Shown here one piece after another: positions 7,065 through 15,552 of a stretch of 26,882 nucleotides of DNA; the first letter of the stretch is position 1; every line of letters begins with the position of its first letter. The notes below the pieces were generated by a model. It made no database searches. It worked only from the letters and a program-made list of their open reading frames with translations, and had not been told where the DNA came from. Position numbers and translations under genes: made by a program. The DNA lies in contig CAZTMO010000001.1 of assembly GCA_964615105.1 (NCBI GenBank), positions 1 through 26,882 of the forward strand, in the 5' to 3' direction. The DNA is from an uncultured Thermoleophilia bacterium. Its GTDB lineage: Bacteria; Actinomycetota; Thermoleophilia; UBA2241.

Positions 7065-9404
7065 TCACTCCGCTGCCCGCTTCTTTCGCAGCGCCTCAAG
7101 CACTCTCTCGCGCGTCATCGGCAACTCATGCAGACGGATGCCCACGGCGTCGTAGACGGCGTTGGCGATGGCCGGCGCGGTGGGAACGAGGCCGGGCTCA
7201 CCGATACCCTTGGCCCCGAACGGTCCTTTCGTCCCGATACTCTCGACGCAGATGGCCTGCACTTCGGGCATATCGCCGATGTTGGGGATCTTGTAGTCGA
7301 GGAACCGGTCGTTGACGATCCTGCCGTTCTCGTGGACGAGCTCTTCCATGAGAGCGAAGCCGATCCCCTGCGCGACTGAGCCTTCGATCTGACCCTCGGC
7401 CATCGTCTGGTTGATCGTCGTTCCCGTCTCGTGCGCGGCCACGACCTTGAGCACCGTGACTTGACCGGTCTCCGGGTCGACCTCGACTTCGGCTGCCTGC
7501 GTGCCGAACGAGAAGTTGGGGATGTTCTTGGCGAAAGCCGTCGGGATCGTGTATCCCTCGGGCAGGCGGTCGACGAAACGACCCTTGCCCGAGATGGTGA
7601 TGCCGTGCTCGTTGACGGAGTGGTTCACGATCTCGGAGAGGTCGTGCTTCTCCGCCGCACCCTTCGCCCAGATCTTGCCGTCCTGGACAAGGACGTCCTC
7701 GGGAGCGACCTCGAGCATCTCGGCGGCGGCAGCGACGAGATTGCGCCTCGCGTCTTTCGCGGCAGCCAGGACGGCGTTGCCGTCCATGAAACTCGCGCGG
7801 CTCCCCCAGGAGCCCAGGTCATACGGCGTGAGCTCGGTGTCGTGGGAGAGGACCCTGATCGCACTGAGAGGCACGCCGAGCTCCTCGGCGGCGATCTGCG
7901 CCATCGCGGTGTGGGCACCCTGTCCCATGTCGAGAGCTGACGTGATCAGCGCCACCGTGCCTTCGTCGGAGAGCTTGACGAACGCCTCGGCCGAGTTGTA
8001 GCCGTAGAAGCGACCGCCGCCGCCGGTGTGGACCATGTTGGCCAAGCCGACACCACGCAGCGGCGTCCTGCCCTCAGGAGCTCTCTTCTCCGCCCATCCG
8101 ATGCCGTCGGCCGCCGTCTGCATACACTCCGTCATGGCGCAGCCGCAGACCTCGGCGCCTGTGTGCGTGGTCTGCATGGGCTCGTTGGCGTTCTTCATGC
8201 GCAACTCGAGCGGGTCCAGACCCATGCTCTCGGCGAGCTCGTCGATCTGGACCTCGGTCGCGAACGCTACCTGGGGGTTGCCGAAGCCGCGGAACGCCGT
8301 GCCCATCTGCTTGTTGGTGTAGACCAGCTCGCCGTGAAAGCGCACGTTAGGGACGTTGTAGAGCGTGCCGAACATCATGCTCGAGAAATTGACGGTGGCC
8401 GGTCCCTTGTCGTGGTACGCGCCCGCATCGCCGATGAGCGTGAGATCTCGCACGAGGATGCGCCCGTCTTTGGTCCCTCCGGTCTTGAGATGCAGCTTGT
8501 ACGGGTAGCGCGTCTTGCTGGTGGTGAACTCCTCGCTGCGGGTATTGACGATGCGCACCGCACGGCCGGTGATCCGCGAAAGGATCGCGGCGATGGGCAG
8601 CTTCATGTCCATGACCAGCCTGGATCCGAACCCGCCGCCCATGGATGAGTTGATCACCCGCACGTGGCTGAGCGGGACGTCGAGCACGCGGGCGATCTCC
8701 TGACGCTGCGTGTGTGGCGCCTGCGTCGTGGTCCAGATCGTCACGCGGTCGTCGACGTCCCACTTGGCGACGCAGTTGGAGGTCTCGAGACAGGTGTGCG
8801 CGACCTGGTGGGTGACATACGTGCCCTCCACCACGTGGTCGCATTCCTCGAAGGCCTTGTCGGGATCGCCAAAGAGGCGATCGACGCTCCACGTGGCGTT
8901 GCTCTCCTTGTCCTCGTGAACGAGGGGTGCGTCCGGCTTCATGGCCTCGTCGACGTCGAAGACGGCCGGCAGCGGCTCGTAGTCCACCACGATGAGCGAG
9001 AGCGCCTCCTCGGCCGTGTCCTCGTCGATCGCGGCTACGGCGGCCACTTCATCGCCAACGTAGCGCACCTTGTCGGTGCAGAGGATGTGCTTGTCGGCCA
9101 GGAACTGATAGAAGCTGAACTTGGTGTCGGGAACGTCGTCCGCCGTGATGACGGCGCGCACTCCCTTGAGGCGCCTCGCCGCCGCCGTGTCGATGGACCG
9201 GATCCTCGCATGAGGATGGGGACTGCGCAGGATCTTGCCGATGAGCATCCCCGGCATGTGATGGTCGCCGGTGTACTTCGCCTCGCCGCAGACCTTGGGG
9301 ATCGCGTCGATACGCGGCAGGCGCTGGCCGATGATCGTCATCTCTCTCTCGACGACCTCGGTCTTCACGTCTGTCTTCACGTCGGTCTCCACGTCGGATC
9401 TCAT
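7065..9404 (-). CDS. Xanthine dehydrogenase-family molybdopterin-binding large subunit (CoxL/XdhA-like)
   Basis: Start refined to ATG 9404, an ATGA overlap with the small-subunit stop. Motifs: RIDAIPKVCGEAKYTGD, GKILRSPHPHARI, MGGGFGSR, AFRGFGNPQ, DMGQGAHT, GSWGSR, EGQIEGSVAQGIG and GPFGAKGIGEP. Confidence 0.95.
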   Translation of the reverse strand: MRSDVETDVKTDVKTEVVEREMTIIGQRLPRIDAIPKVCGEAKYTGDHHMPGMLIGKILRSPHPHARIRSIDTAAARRLKGVRAVITADDVPDTKFSFYQFLADKHILCTDKVRYVGDEVAAVAAIDEDTAEEALSLIVVDYEPLPAVFDVDEAMKPDAPLVHEDKESNATWSVDRLFGDPDKAFEECDHVVEGTYVTHQVAHTCLETSNCVAKWDVDDRVTIWTTTQAPHTQRQEIARVLDVPLSHVRVINSSMGGGFGSRLVMDMKLPIAAILSRITGRAVRIVNTRSEEFTTSKTRYPYKLHLKTGGTKDGRILVRDLTLIGDAGAYHDKGPATVNFSSMMFGTLYNVPNVRFHGELVYTNKQMGTAFRGFGNPQVAFATEVQIDELAESMGLDPLELRMKNANEPMQTTHTGAEVCGCAMTECMQTAADGIGWAEKRAPEGRTPLRGVGLANMVHTGGGGRFYGYNSAEAFVKLSDEGTVALITSALDMGQGAHTAMAQIAAEELGVPLSAIRVLSHDTELTPYDLGSWGSRASFMDGNAVLAAAKDARRNLVAAAAEMLEVAPEDVLVQDGKIWAKGAAEKHDLSEIVNHSVNEHGITISGKGRFVDRLPEGYTIPTAFAKNIPNFSFGTQAAEVEVDPETGQVTVLKVVAAHETGTTINQTMAEGQIEGSVAQGIGFALMEELVHENGRIVNDRFLDYKIPNIGDMPEVQAICVESIGTKGPFGAKGIGEPGLVPTAPAIANAVYDAVGIRLHELPMTRERVLEALRKKRAAE
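9361..9396. repeat. Three-copy 12-bp tandem repeat in the 5' end of the molybdoenzyme large-subunit gene
   Basis: GTCTTCACGTCT / GTCTTCACGTCG / GTCTCCACGTCG, which encodes DVET-DVKT-DVKT on the minus strand. Confidence 0.8.
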
Positions 9405-9886
9405 CGTGACGTCACCTCCTCGCGAAGGTGGTCTCCCGCGGCCTTGACGGCCTCGATGATCTTCACGTAGCCGGTGCACCGGCAGAGGTTGCCCCGCAGC
9501 CCTTCGAGAATCTGTTCCCGGCTGGGATCGGGATTGCGATCGAGCAAGGCCTTCGCCGACATCACCATGCCGGGGGTACAGAAACCGCACTGGATGGCGC
9601 CGTGCTCGACGAAGGCACGCTGTACAGGGTCGAGCGAGCCCCCGCCGGCCAGACCTTCGATCGTCGTGACCTCGCGACCGTCGGCCTCGTGAGCAAGCAT
9701 GAGGCAGGAGTTGACCGGCTGACCGTCGAGCAGCACCGTGCAGGCTCCACACTCGCCCTGGTTACAGCCGTTCTTGGTACCTGTCAAGCCGATGTCTTCG
9801 CGGATGATCTCGAGGAGGGTGCGATGGGTGTCTACGAACAGGTCGTACTCGTCCCCGTTGACCGTTATGTGCAGCTCTCGCTTCAC
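9401..9886 (-). CDS. 2x[2Fe-2S] small subunit of a XDH-family molybdoenzyme (CoxS-like)
   Basis: [28 protein letters not shown] and GNLCRCTGY. The GTG start overlaps the FAD-subunit stop (GTGA). Confidence 0.96.
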   Translation of the reverse strand: MKRELHITVNGDEYDLFVDTHRTLLEIIREDIGLTGTKNGCNQGECGACTVLLDGQPVNSCLMLAHEADGREVTTIEGLAGGGSLDPVQRAFVEHGAIQCGFCTPGMVMSAKALLDRNPDPSREQILEGLRGNLCRCTGYVKIIEAVKAAGDHLREEVTSR

Positions 9887-10764
9887 CCTCGTCCTCCGTT
9901 CGTGACCCAGCCCTGCGCCGCTGTGAGGACGCGCCGCGACATGACCTCCACCAGCACCCGGCGGTACTCCGCCGAGGCGCGGATATCGTCGATGGGGCGT
10001 GACTCCTCGACCGCTTTGGCGGCCGCCGCCGCGATCACGACCTCGTCCAGCTCTCTACCGATCAGCGACGCCTCGGCGGCGCGCGCCCGCATGGGTGTGG
10101 GGGCGACGGCGCCCAGAGCGAGGCGAGCCTCGCGTACGACGACCGACCCCGGCTCGAAGGCGGCGAACAACGCCACGCCGACCGTACAGCAGTCCATGGC
10201 CGAGCGGAACGTCTTCAGATATGTGGCGAAGCTGTCCTGGGGCACGGCCGGCACGCGGACTGCCTTCAGCAGCTCGCCGCACCGCAGAACGGTCTGCCCG
10301 GGCCCCGTGAAGAAGTCCTCGAGCGGGACGACGCGTTCGTCGCTGCCATCGGTGAGAACGGCCTTGGCATCCAGGGCGATCAGGATCGCCGCCATGTCGG
10401 CTGACGGTGCGGCATTGCAGAGGTTCCCCCCGATGGTCGCCCGGGTGCGCACTTGCACCGAGCCGATCCAGGAGGCGGCCCGTGCGATCGCAGGGAAGCG
10501 CTCCATGACCTCAGGTGAATGCTCGATCACGCCGAGCGGCGTGACCGCTCCGATGGCGACGCCGCCTTGGGCGTCCGCCTCGATGAAGTTGAGGCCGGGC
10601 ACGTCACGAAGGCTCACGACCACGTCGGGACGCAGCCCGGCCGCCCTCACCTGTACGAGGACGTCTGTGCCTCCGGCCAAGGCCAGTGCGGAGCCGTTCG
10701 AGCCGGCCAGCACGTCGCAGGCCTCCTTGAGCGAACTCGGACGCGCGTAGTCGAACGCTCTCAT
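9883..10764 (-). CDS. FAD-binding medium subunit of a XDH-family molybdoenzyme (CoxM-like)
   Basis: Start refined to ATG 10764 (MRAFDYARPSSL). Motifs: LAGGTDVL, IGSVQVRTRATIGGNLCNAAPSAD, ALGAVAPTP and IDDIRASAEYR. Confidence 0.95.
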   Translation of the reverse strand: MRAFDYARPSSLKEACDVLAGSNGSALALAGGTDVLVQVRAAGLRPDVVVSLRDVPGLNFIEADAQGGVAIGAVTPLGVIEHSPEVMERFPAIARAASWIGSVQVRTRATIGGNLCNAAPSADMAAILIALDAKAVLTDGSDERVVPLEDFFTGPGQTVLRCGELLKAVRVPAVPQDSFATYLKTFRSAMDCCTVGVALFAAFEPGSVVVREARLALGAVAPTPMRARAAEASLIGRELDEVVIAAAAAKAVEESRPIDDIRASAEYRRVLVEVMSRRVLTAAQGWVTNGGRG

Positions 10765-10789
10765 TGAATCAGCTCCCGTCCGCGGCCTG

Positions 10790-12016
10790 TCATGCCGACC
10801 GGGTCGCCACGCCGGCGCGCGTGTTCTCGATCGGCGCTTCGACCATCGTGATCGCCTCGCGGGCGCACAGGAAGTAGCAGACGGCGCAGGAGTAGCAGTC
10901 CTTCGGCTTGACGAGGACAGCCTTCTTGTCGCGGATCTCGATGCACTCGCAGTGACCCGGCGCGGCGCAGAGACCACACCCGTTGCACTTCTCGAGGTCG
11001 ATCTCGGGGAGCATCGGGATGTAGTGCACCTCGCCCGGGGTGACGATGTACTTGAGAGCGATTCCGCGCATGTCCGCCAACGTCTCGTAGCCATTCTCGT
11101 CCATGAACTTGCGCATGCCGGGCTCGATCTTGGCGAACGCCTTGTAGCCCTTCAGGTAGAGGAGCGAGCAGTACGTGAGCACGGTGGCGCCGTACATGAT
11201 CATCTCCACGGAGTGGCGCCAGTTCATGAGACCGCCACCGCCGGCCAGCGGCAACGTCGGACAGATCGTGCGCATCTGCGCGATATGGCGGTAGGCGAGC
11301 GGCCGGATCCACGGGCCGCAGAGCCCGGCGAAGGACTGGTTGTCGGTCGACGGGTACATCGGCGTGCCGCCGTTCTTGATGTTGAGCGGCGGCAACGACT
11401 GCGGGCAGTTGATGGCCGACACCGCAGCCGCGCCGTTCTTCTCCACCGAACGCGCCACCATCATGGTGTTGGCCTCTGGGGTCATCTTCGGCATCACGGG
11501 GATCTTCACCGCATCGGCCACGGCCTTGCAGACCTGACCGGCCAGTGCCGGGTCCTTGCCTAGGGTGGCGCCGAGCTCGGGCTCTTCGTCGACACCCATC
11601 TGCTTGGCCATGAGCCCCAGGTTCGGACAGCTCATGTTGAGCTCGAGCATGTCGGCGCCGGCCTCTTCGAGCATGCGCGCCAACTTGGCCCAGCCCTCGA
11701 GGTCCTCACCAGGGCCCATCATGTTGGCGATGATCTTGAGCTCGGTCTGCTCCTTGCACTGCTGGATGAGCTCCTGCGTGTCCTCCACGCGCATACGCTC
11801 GCCCGACGGTGAGTAGAAGGCGCCTTCCTTCTCGATGATGTGATAGGGACGCGCGTACAACGGGACCTTGAGAAAGGTGAGCTTCGTGCTGACGGCCGAA
11901 GCGCCGTTCTCCTCAGCCCACTTGATCTTCTCGACCTTGTTCGTCAACTCGGACGAGGCGATGATGAATGGATTCTTAAGCTTGAGGCCTGCGAAGTCGA
12001 CTGACAGGTCAGCCAT
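10790..12016 (-). CDS. preA: PreA-like FMN TIM-barrel oxidoreductase (dihydroorotate/dihydropyrimidine dehydrogenase family) with C-terminal 2x[4Fe-4S] domain
   Basis: Start ATG 12016 after GAAGGGGGAG. Motifs: LSVDFAGLKLKNPFIIAS, LELNMSCPN (active-site loop Cys), PKMTP, SAINC, GLCGPWIRPLA, LAGGGG, CNGCGLC...HC and CYSCAVCYFLC. The symbol indicates similarity, not proven function. Confidence 0.85.
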   Translation of the reverse strand: MADLSVDFAGLKLKNPFIIASSELTNKVEKIKWAEENGASAVSTKLTFLKVPLYARPYHIIEKEGAFYSPSGERMRVEDTQELIQQCKEQTELKIIANMMGPGEDLEGWAKLARMLEEAGADMLELNMSCPNLGLMAKQMGVDEEPELGATLGKDPALAGQVCKAVADAVKIPVMPKMTPEANTMMVARSVEKNGAAAVSAINCPQSLPPLNIKNGGTPMYPSTDNQSFAGLCGPWIRPLAYRHIAQMRTICPTLPLAGGGGLMNWRHSVEMIMYGATVLTYCSLLYLKGYKAFAKIEPGMRKFMDENGYETLADMRGIALKYIVTPGEVHYIPMLPEIDLEKCNGCGLCAAPGHCECIEIRDKKAVLVKPKDCYSCAVCYFLCAREAITMVEAPIENTRAGVATRSA

Positions 12017-13661
12017 CGAGCTCCCCCTTCTGCACGTCGGTTTCCTCTGCGGTCTCTGCAAACCCGGACACCGCCACGGTCTCGCGGGTCGCCTCAAGGC
12101 GCGCGGCGATCTCCAGGTAGCGGCCCTCGACCGCCGCCTGAGCGTCGTCGCGCGCTTCGTCTGTCCAGTAGCCCAGCTCGTAGCCGAACCACGGCTTTCT
12201 CAGGCTCAGCGGCGGCAGGCCCTCGGCCTCCCAGCGCGCCAGCGCCCGTTCCATGAACTCCTTGCGCGGCAGCGACGTCGGCGGGTAGTCCCACTTGCGC
12301 GTCGCGTCGATGAGGATCGCCGACGTCCCCGAGGGCTGCGGGAAGCGCTGTTCGTCGACGTGCGCCTCTGGCGGCGCCGAGGACGGATCGAGGATGCTGG
12401 CCTTGCCGGTGACGATGTGCGTGTCCAGATGTGGGCGCATCCGGTAAGCCATAGCCCAGTTGACGGCATCGGCGTCATTGGGATCGATGTCCTCGTCGAC
12501 GGCGACGATCATCTTGCCGATCGTCGGGTCGAGCGCGACGGCGGCGTGGAGCGCCTGCCAGGGCTGCGACGGGTGTACCTTCTTGAGCTGGATGACCATC
12601 AACCCGTAGCTGCCGGTCATCTCGTGGAGCTGGACGTCGAGGATCCCCGGGATGTTCGCCGACTTCAACCTGTTGAGGTACACGGCGTCATAGGCGAGCT
12701 TGCGGATGAGGCTGCTCTCCGACGGCGGGAACTGGCTCAGGAAGGCCTGGTAGACCGGCGTCTTGCGGTGCATGATCCCCGTCACGTGGAACACCGGATT
12801 GGCGACGCGCGTGCCCATGTAGCCCGTGTACTCGCCGAAGGGCGCCTCCTGCTCGCGGTACGTCGGGTCGACGTATCCCTCGACGACGATCTCGGCGCTC
12901 GCCGGGACCTCGAGATCGACCGTCTGGCACTTGACCAGCTCGATCGGCTCGCCGGCGATGCCGCCGGCAACGGCGAACTCGTCGACGCCGTACGGGATCT
13001 TGGCGACGCTGCAGAGGCCGACGGCCGGCGTGCAGCCGAGGATGATGGCCGCCTCGAGCACCTTGCCGTTACGGCGCGCGCTCTGCAGGTGCAGGCCGAT
13101 GTGTTGGCTCTGATGAGCCATCATGCCGGCCTTTCCGCCCCCCTTCACCATCACCCGGTACGTGCCCACGTTGCGGTCGCCAGTCTCGGGATCCTTGGTC
13201 ACCCAGAAGGGCGAGGTGAAGTACGGCGCGGGGTCGAAGCCCGGCGTGGAGATGGGATGCGGGAACTCGAGAATGCCGTCGTGCTCAAGCAGCCCGTCGC
13301 CGACGTGGATCTCCTCCATGACGGGACCATCGTCGACGAGCACGGGAGGGATGTAGCCTCGGTGGACCGCCGCCCAGCGATCACTGATCTCGTCGGGGCC
13401 ACAGCCGAGCGCCTTCGCGTATACCGCCCGGTTGGCCCCGAGGACACCGACAGCGACGGGGCCGGGGAACGTGCGTCCGTTGACGTCTCTCACGTCCTCG
13501 AACACGAATGCCGTGCGCTGCTCGGCCGGCAGGCCGCGGAACTGCAGCCTGACCAGCGGCATGAGCTCGGTGTCCTTGCAGATCGGCGTGCGCACCCGCC
13601 GGAGCAGGTCTGCGGCCTCCAACGCCGCGATGTACTCGCGAAAATCCTTGTAATAGCTCAC
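12009..13661 (-). CDS. ubiD: UbiD-family prFMN-dependent (de)carboxylase, about 550 aa
   Basis: Start refined to GTG 13661 (GTGA overlap, MSYYKDFREYIAALE). Motifs: RNVGTYR, EIVVEG, EAPFGEYTGY, IVAVDEDIDP and ILIDATR. The symbol is family-level only. Confidence 0.93.
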   Translation of the reverse strand: MSYYKDFREYIAALEAADLLRRVRTPICKDTELMPLVRLQFRGLPAEQRTAFVFEDVRDVNGRTFPGPVAVGVLGANRAVYAKALGCGPDEISDRWAAVHRGYIPPVLVDDGPVMEEIHVGDGLLEHDGILEFPHPISTPGFDPAPYFTSPFWVTKDPETGDRNVGTYRVMVKGGGKAGMMAHQSQHIGLHLQSARRNGKVLEAAIILGCTPAVGLCSVAKIPYGVDEFAVAGGIAGEPIELVKCQTVDLEVPASAEIVVEGYVDPTYREQEAPFGEYTGYMGTRVANPVFHVTGIMHRKTPVYQAFLSQFPPSESSLIRKLAYDAVYLNRLKSANIPGILDVQLHEMTGSYGLMVIQLKKVHPSQPWQALHAAVALDPTIGKMIVAVDEDIDPNDADAVNWAMAYRMRPHLDTHIVTGKASILDPSSAPPEAHVDEQRFPQPSGTSAILIDATRKWDYPPTSLPRKEFMERALARWEAEGLPPLSLRKPWFGYELGYWTDEARDDAQAAVEGRYLEIAARLEATRETVAVSGFAETAEETDVQKGELDG

Positions 13662-15550
13662 AATCCTGCTCCATCCAGTAGGTTCGCGACGATCGGATCG
13701 CTCGTGACCCATTCGAGTCCGAGCCGCTCCAGGGTCTCGGGTGTTGGCATGCTCGTCACCGGGTCGTATCCGCTCGCGGCGTACAGCTCCCGGCGCATGA
13801 GGTCGAAGTCCACGACCTGCCCGGCGATCGGGCCCTCGGGGACCGCCTCCTCGAGGAGCCTCGCCGGGATCGTGTCGTCCTCGGCGCGCAGGCCTTCACG
13901 GACGTTGATGACGCGCTCCAGGGCGTTGATGCGCTCGCCGGCCAGGTACATGTCGGCCGCCGAGAACTCGTGCCCCGTCGCCGTGCCGATGAGCTCGGCC
14001 AGTGTGCCGTCCTGCATGCCGATGGTCAGGAACGCGCACGTGCCTGCGGAGTCGGCCGCCGCGGCTCGCCGGTTGCGGCTGCCGAGCGCGATCGGCGCCT
14101 TGCCCGAGTCCGCGAAGCGGTCGATGTCCGGGTTCGTCAGTTCGGCGGTGACCGTGTAGCCGCCGGCGTGATGGCAGCCGCCCCGGTTGCCGCACCCGTA
14201 GACGAGCGCCATCCCCTTCGCCCCACGAGGATCGTAACCGCCCACCTCCATGCCTTTGGCGTGCATCGCAAAGGCCTCGGAACCCTGGCCGATGCGTTCG
14301 GCCATCGCTTTGCTACCCAGCGCGATCTCAGCGCCGAAGCCGCGTCTGAAGGCGGCGTCCTTGACCAGCTCGATCATCGCCTCCGCGTTGCCGAAGCGCA
14401 GGTCGATGCCCCCTGTGTCTTCCTTGGTGATCAACCCGCGTTCGAAGCACTCCATGGCGAACGAGATGGTGACGCCGACCGAGATGGTGTCGATGCCGTA
14501 GAGATCGCAGAGCTGGTCGGCCGCGATGACCGCGCCCAGATCGTAGACGCCGCACGAGCTCCCCAGCGAGTAGACGGTCTCGTACTCCGGTCCTTCAGAG
14601 GTCGCCCCCGCGTAGGGACCGTCCCGCACGACCGTGACCTTGCTGCACCGCGAGGGACAAGGATCGCCGCACGGAGCGTCCTTAACGAGGTACTGCTCGC
14701 GCAGCATGTCGCCGAGCAGCCCACGACCCTTGTCGACCGGCGCCGACCGCTGCCAGTTGTCGGCCGGCATGATGCCCGAATTGAGCGTCACGGCGACAGT
14801 GCTGACCGAGCCGTGAAGCTTCAGCGGACCAGAGGTGAAGGGGTGCTCACGAAGCTCCTTGACGATCTTCTTGACCGCCGCTTTGAACCCGTCGGGATCG
14901 CCGACGGGCGCGGCCTCTGCGCCCGCGCGCACGACCATGGCCTTGACGTTCTTTGAGCCCATGACAGCGCCGGCGCCGCCGCGGCCGAGCGCACGACGCT
15001 CGTTGAGCAGGCAGGCGTAAGGAACGAGGTTCTCTCCGCCCGGGCCGATGCAGGTGATCGCGACTTGGCCGCGCGGCAGTTCGTCGCGGATGTACTCCTG
15101 CGCCGAAAGCGTATCGAGGCCCCAGAGGTGGCCGGCCGGATGCAGCTTGGCCTTGCCGCCAGTGATCTCGACGTACACCGGCTCGTCGCTACGCCCGGTG
15201 AGGACGATGACGTCGAAGCCGGAACGCTTGATCACCGGTCCCAGATCGCCCCCGGTGATGCAGAAGAGATAGAGCCCGGTCTGAGGCGACTTCGTCGCCA
15301 GGGCGGCCCGAGCAGAACCCGGGGCCGTCGTTCCGCTCAGGGGTCCGGAGGCGAAGATGAGCGGGTTCTCCGGACTCAGCGCGTCGGTCCCTGCGGGCAG
15401 CATGTCGAACAGGTAGCGGGCGGCAAGGCCGCGGCCGCCGACGAAGCTTCTCGCGGCGGCCGCATCGAGATCCTCGACACGCTGCTCGCCGCTGCCGACG
15501 TCGACGACGAGAACCTTGCCCCAGAATCCGCCCACAGGGAACTGCCCCAT
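13658..15550 (-). CDS. aor: Aldehyde:ferredoxin oxidoreductase (AOR/WOR) family tungstoenzyme catalytic subunit, paralog B
   Basis: ATG 15550 lies 6 nt after AAGGAG (alternative GTG 15556). Motifs: GGRGLAA, KSPQTG, GRGGAGAVMGSKNVKA, EGPEYETV, CDLYGIDTIS, KGMEVGGYDPR, RGGCHH and DSAGTCAF. Confidence 0.95.
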   Translation of the reverse strand: MGQFPVGGFWGKVLVVDVGSGEQRVEDLDAAAARSFVGGRGLAARYLFDMLPAGTDALSPENPLIFASGPLSGTTAPGSARAALATKSPQTGLYLFCITGGDLGPVIKRSGFDVIVLTGRSDEPVYVEITGGKAKLHPAGHLWGLDTLSAQEYIRDELPRGQVAITCIGPGGENLVPYACLLNERRALGRGGAGAVMGSKNVKAMVVRAGAEAAPVGDPDGFKAAVKKIVKELREHPFTSGPLKLHGSVSTVAVTLNSGIMPADNWQRSAPVDKGRGLLGDMLREQYLVKDAPCGDPCPSRCSKVTVVRDGPYAGATSEGPEYETVYSLGSSCGVYDLGAVIAADQLCDLYGIDTISVGVTISFAMECFERGLITKEDTGGIDLRFGNAEAMIELVKDAAFRRGFGAEIALGSKAMAERIGQGSEAFAMHAKGMEVGGYDPRGAKGMALVYGCGNRGGCHHAGGYTVTAELTNPDIDRFADSGKAPIALGSRNRRAAAADSAGTCAFLTIGMQDGTLAELIGTATGHEFSAADMYLAGERINALERVINVREGLRAEDDTIPARLLEEAVPEGPIAGQVVDFDLMRRELYAASGYDPVTSMPTPETLERLGLEWVTSDPIVANLLDGAGL

Positions 15551-15552
15551 GC

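Noticed and set aside
7065-10764. 4-hydroxybenzoyl-CoA reductase (hcrCAB)
   Set aside because: The FAD subunit lacks the [4Fe-4S] insertion of HcrB, the large subunit has GIGEP rather than the Hcr-type C-terminal motif as I recall it, and there is no CoA ligase or benzoyl-CoA pathway gene in the window.
12009-13661. Phthaloyl-CoA decarboxylase or quinone-biosynthesis UbiD
   Set aside because: No CoA transferase, prenyltransferase (UbiA) or methyltransferase is nearby, and the motifs do not resemble the PhtD sequence as I recall it.
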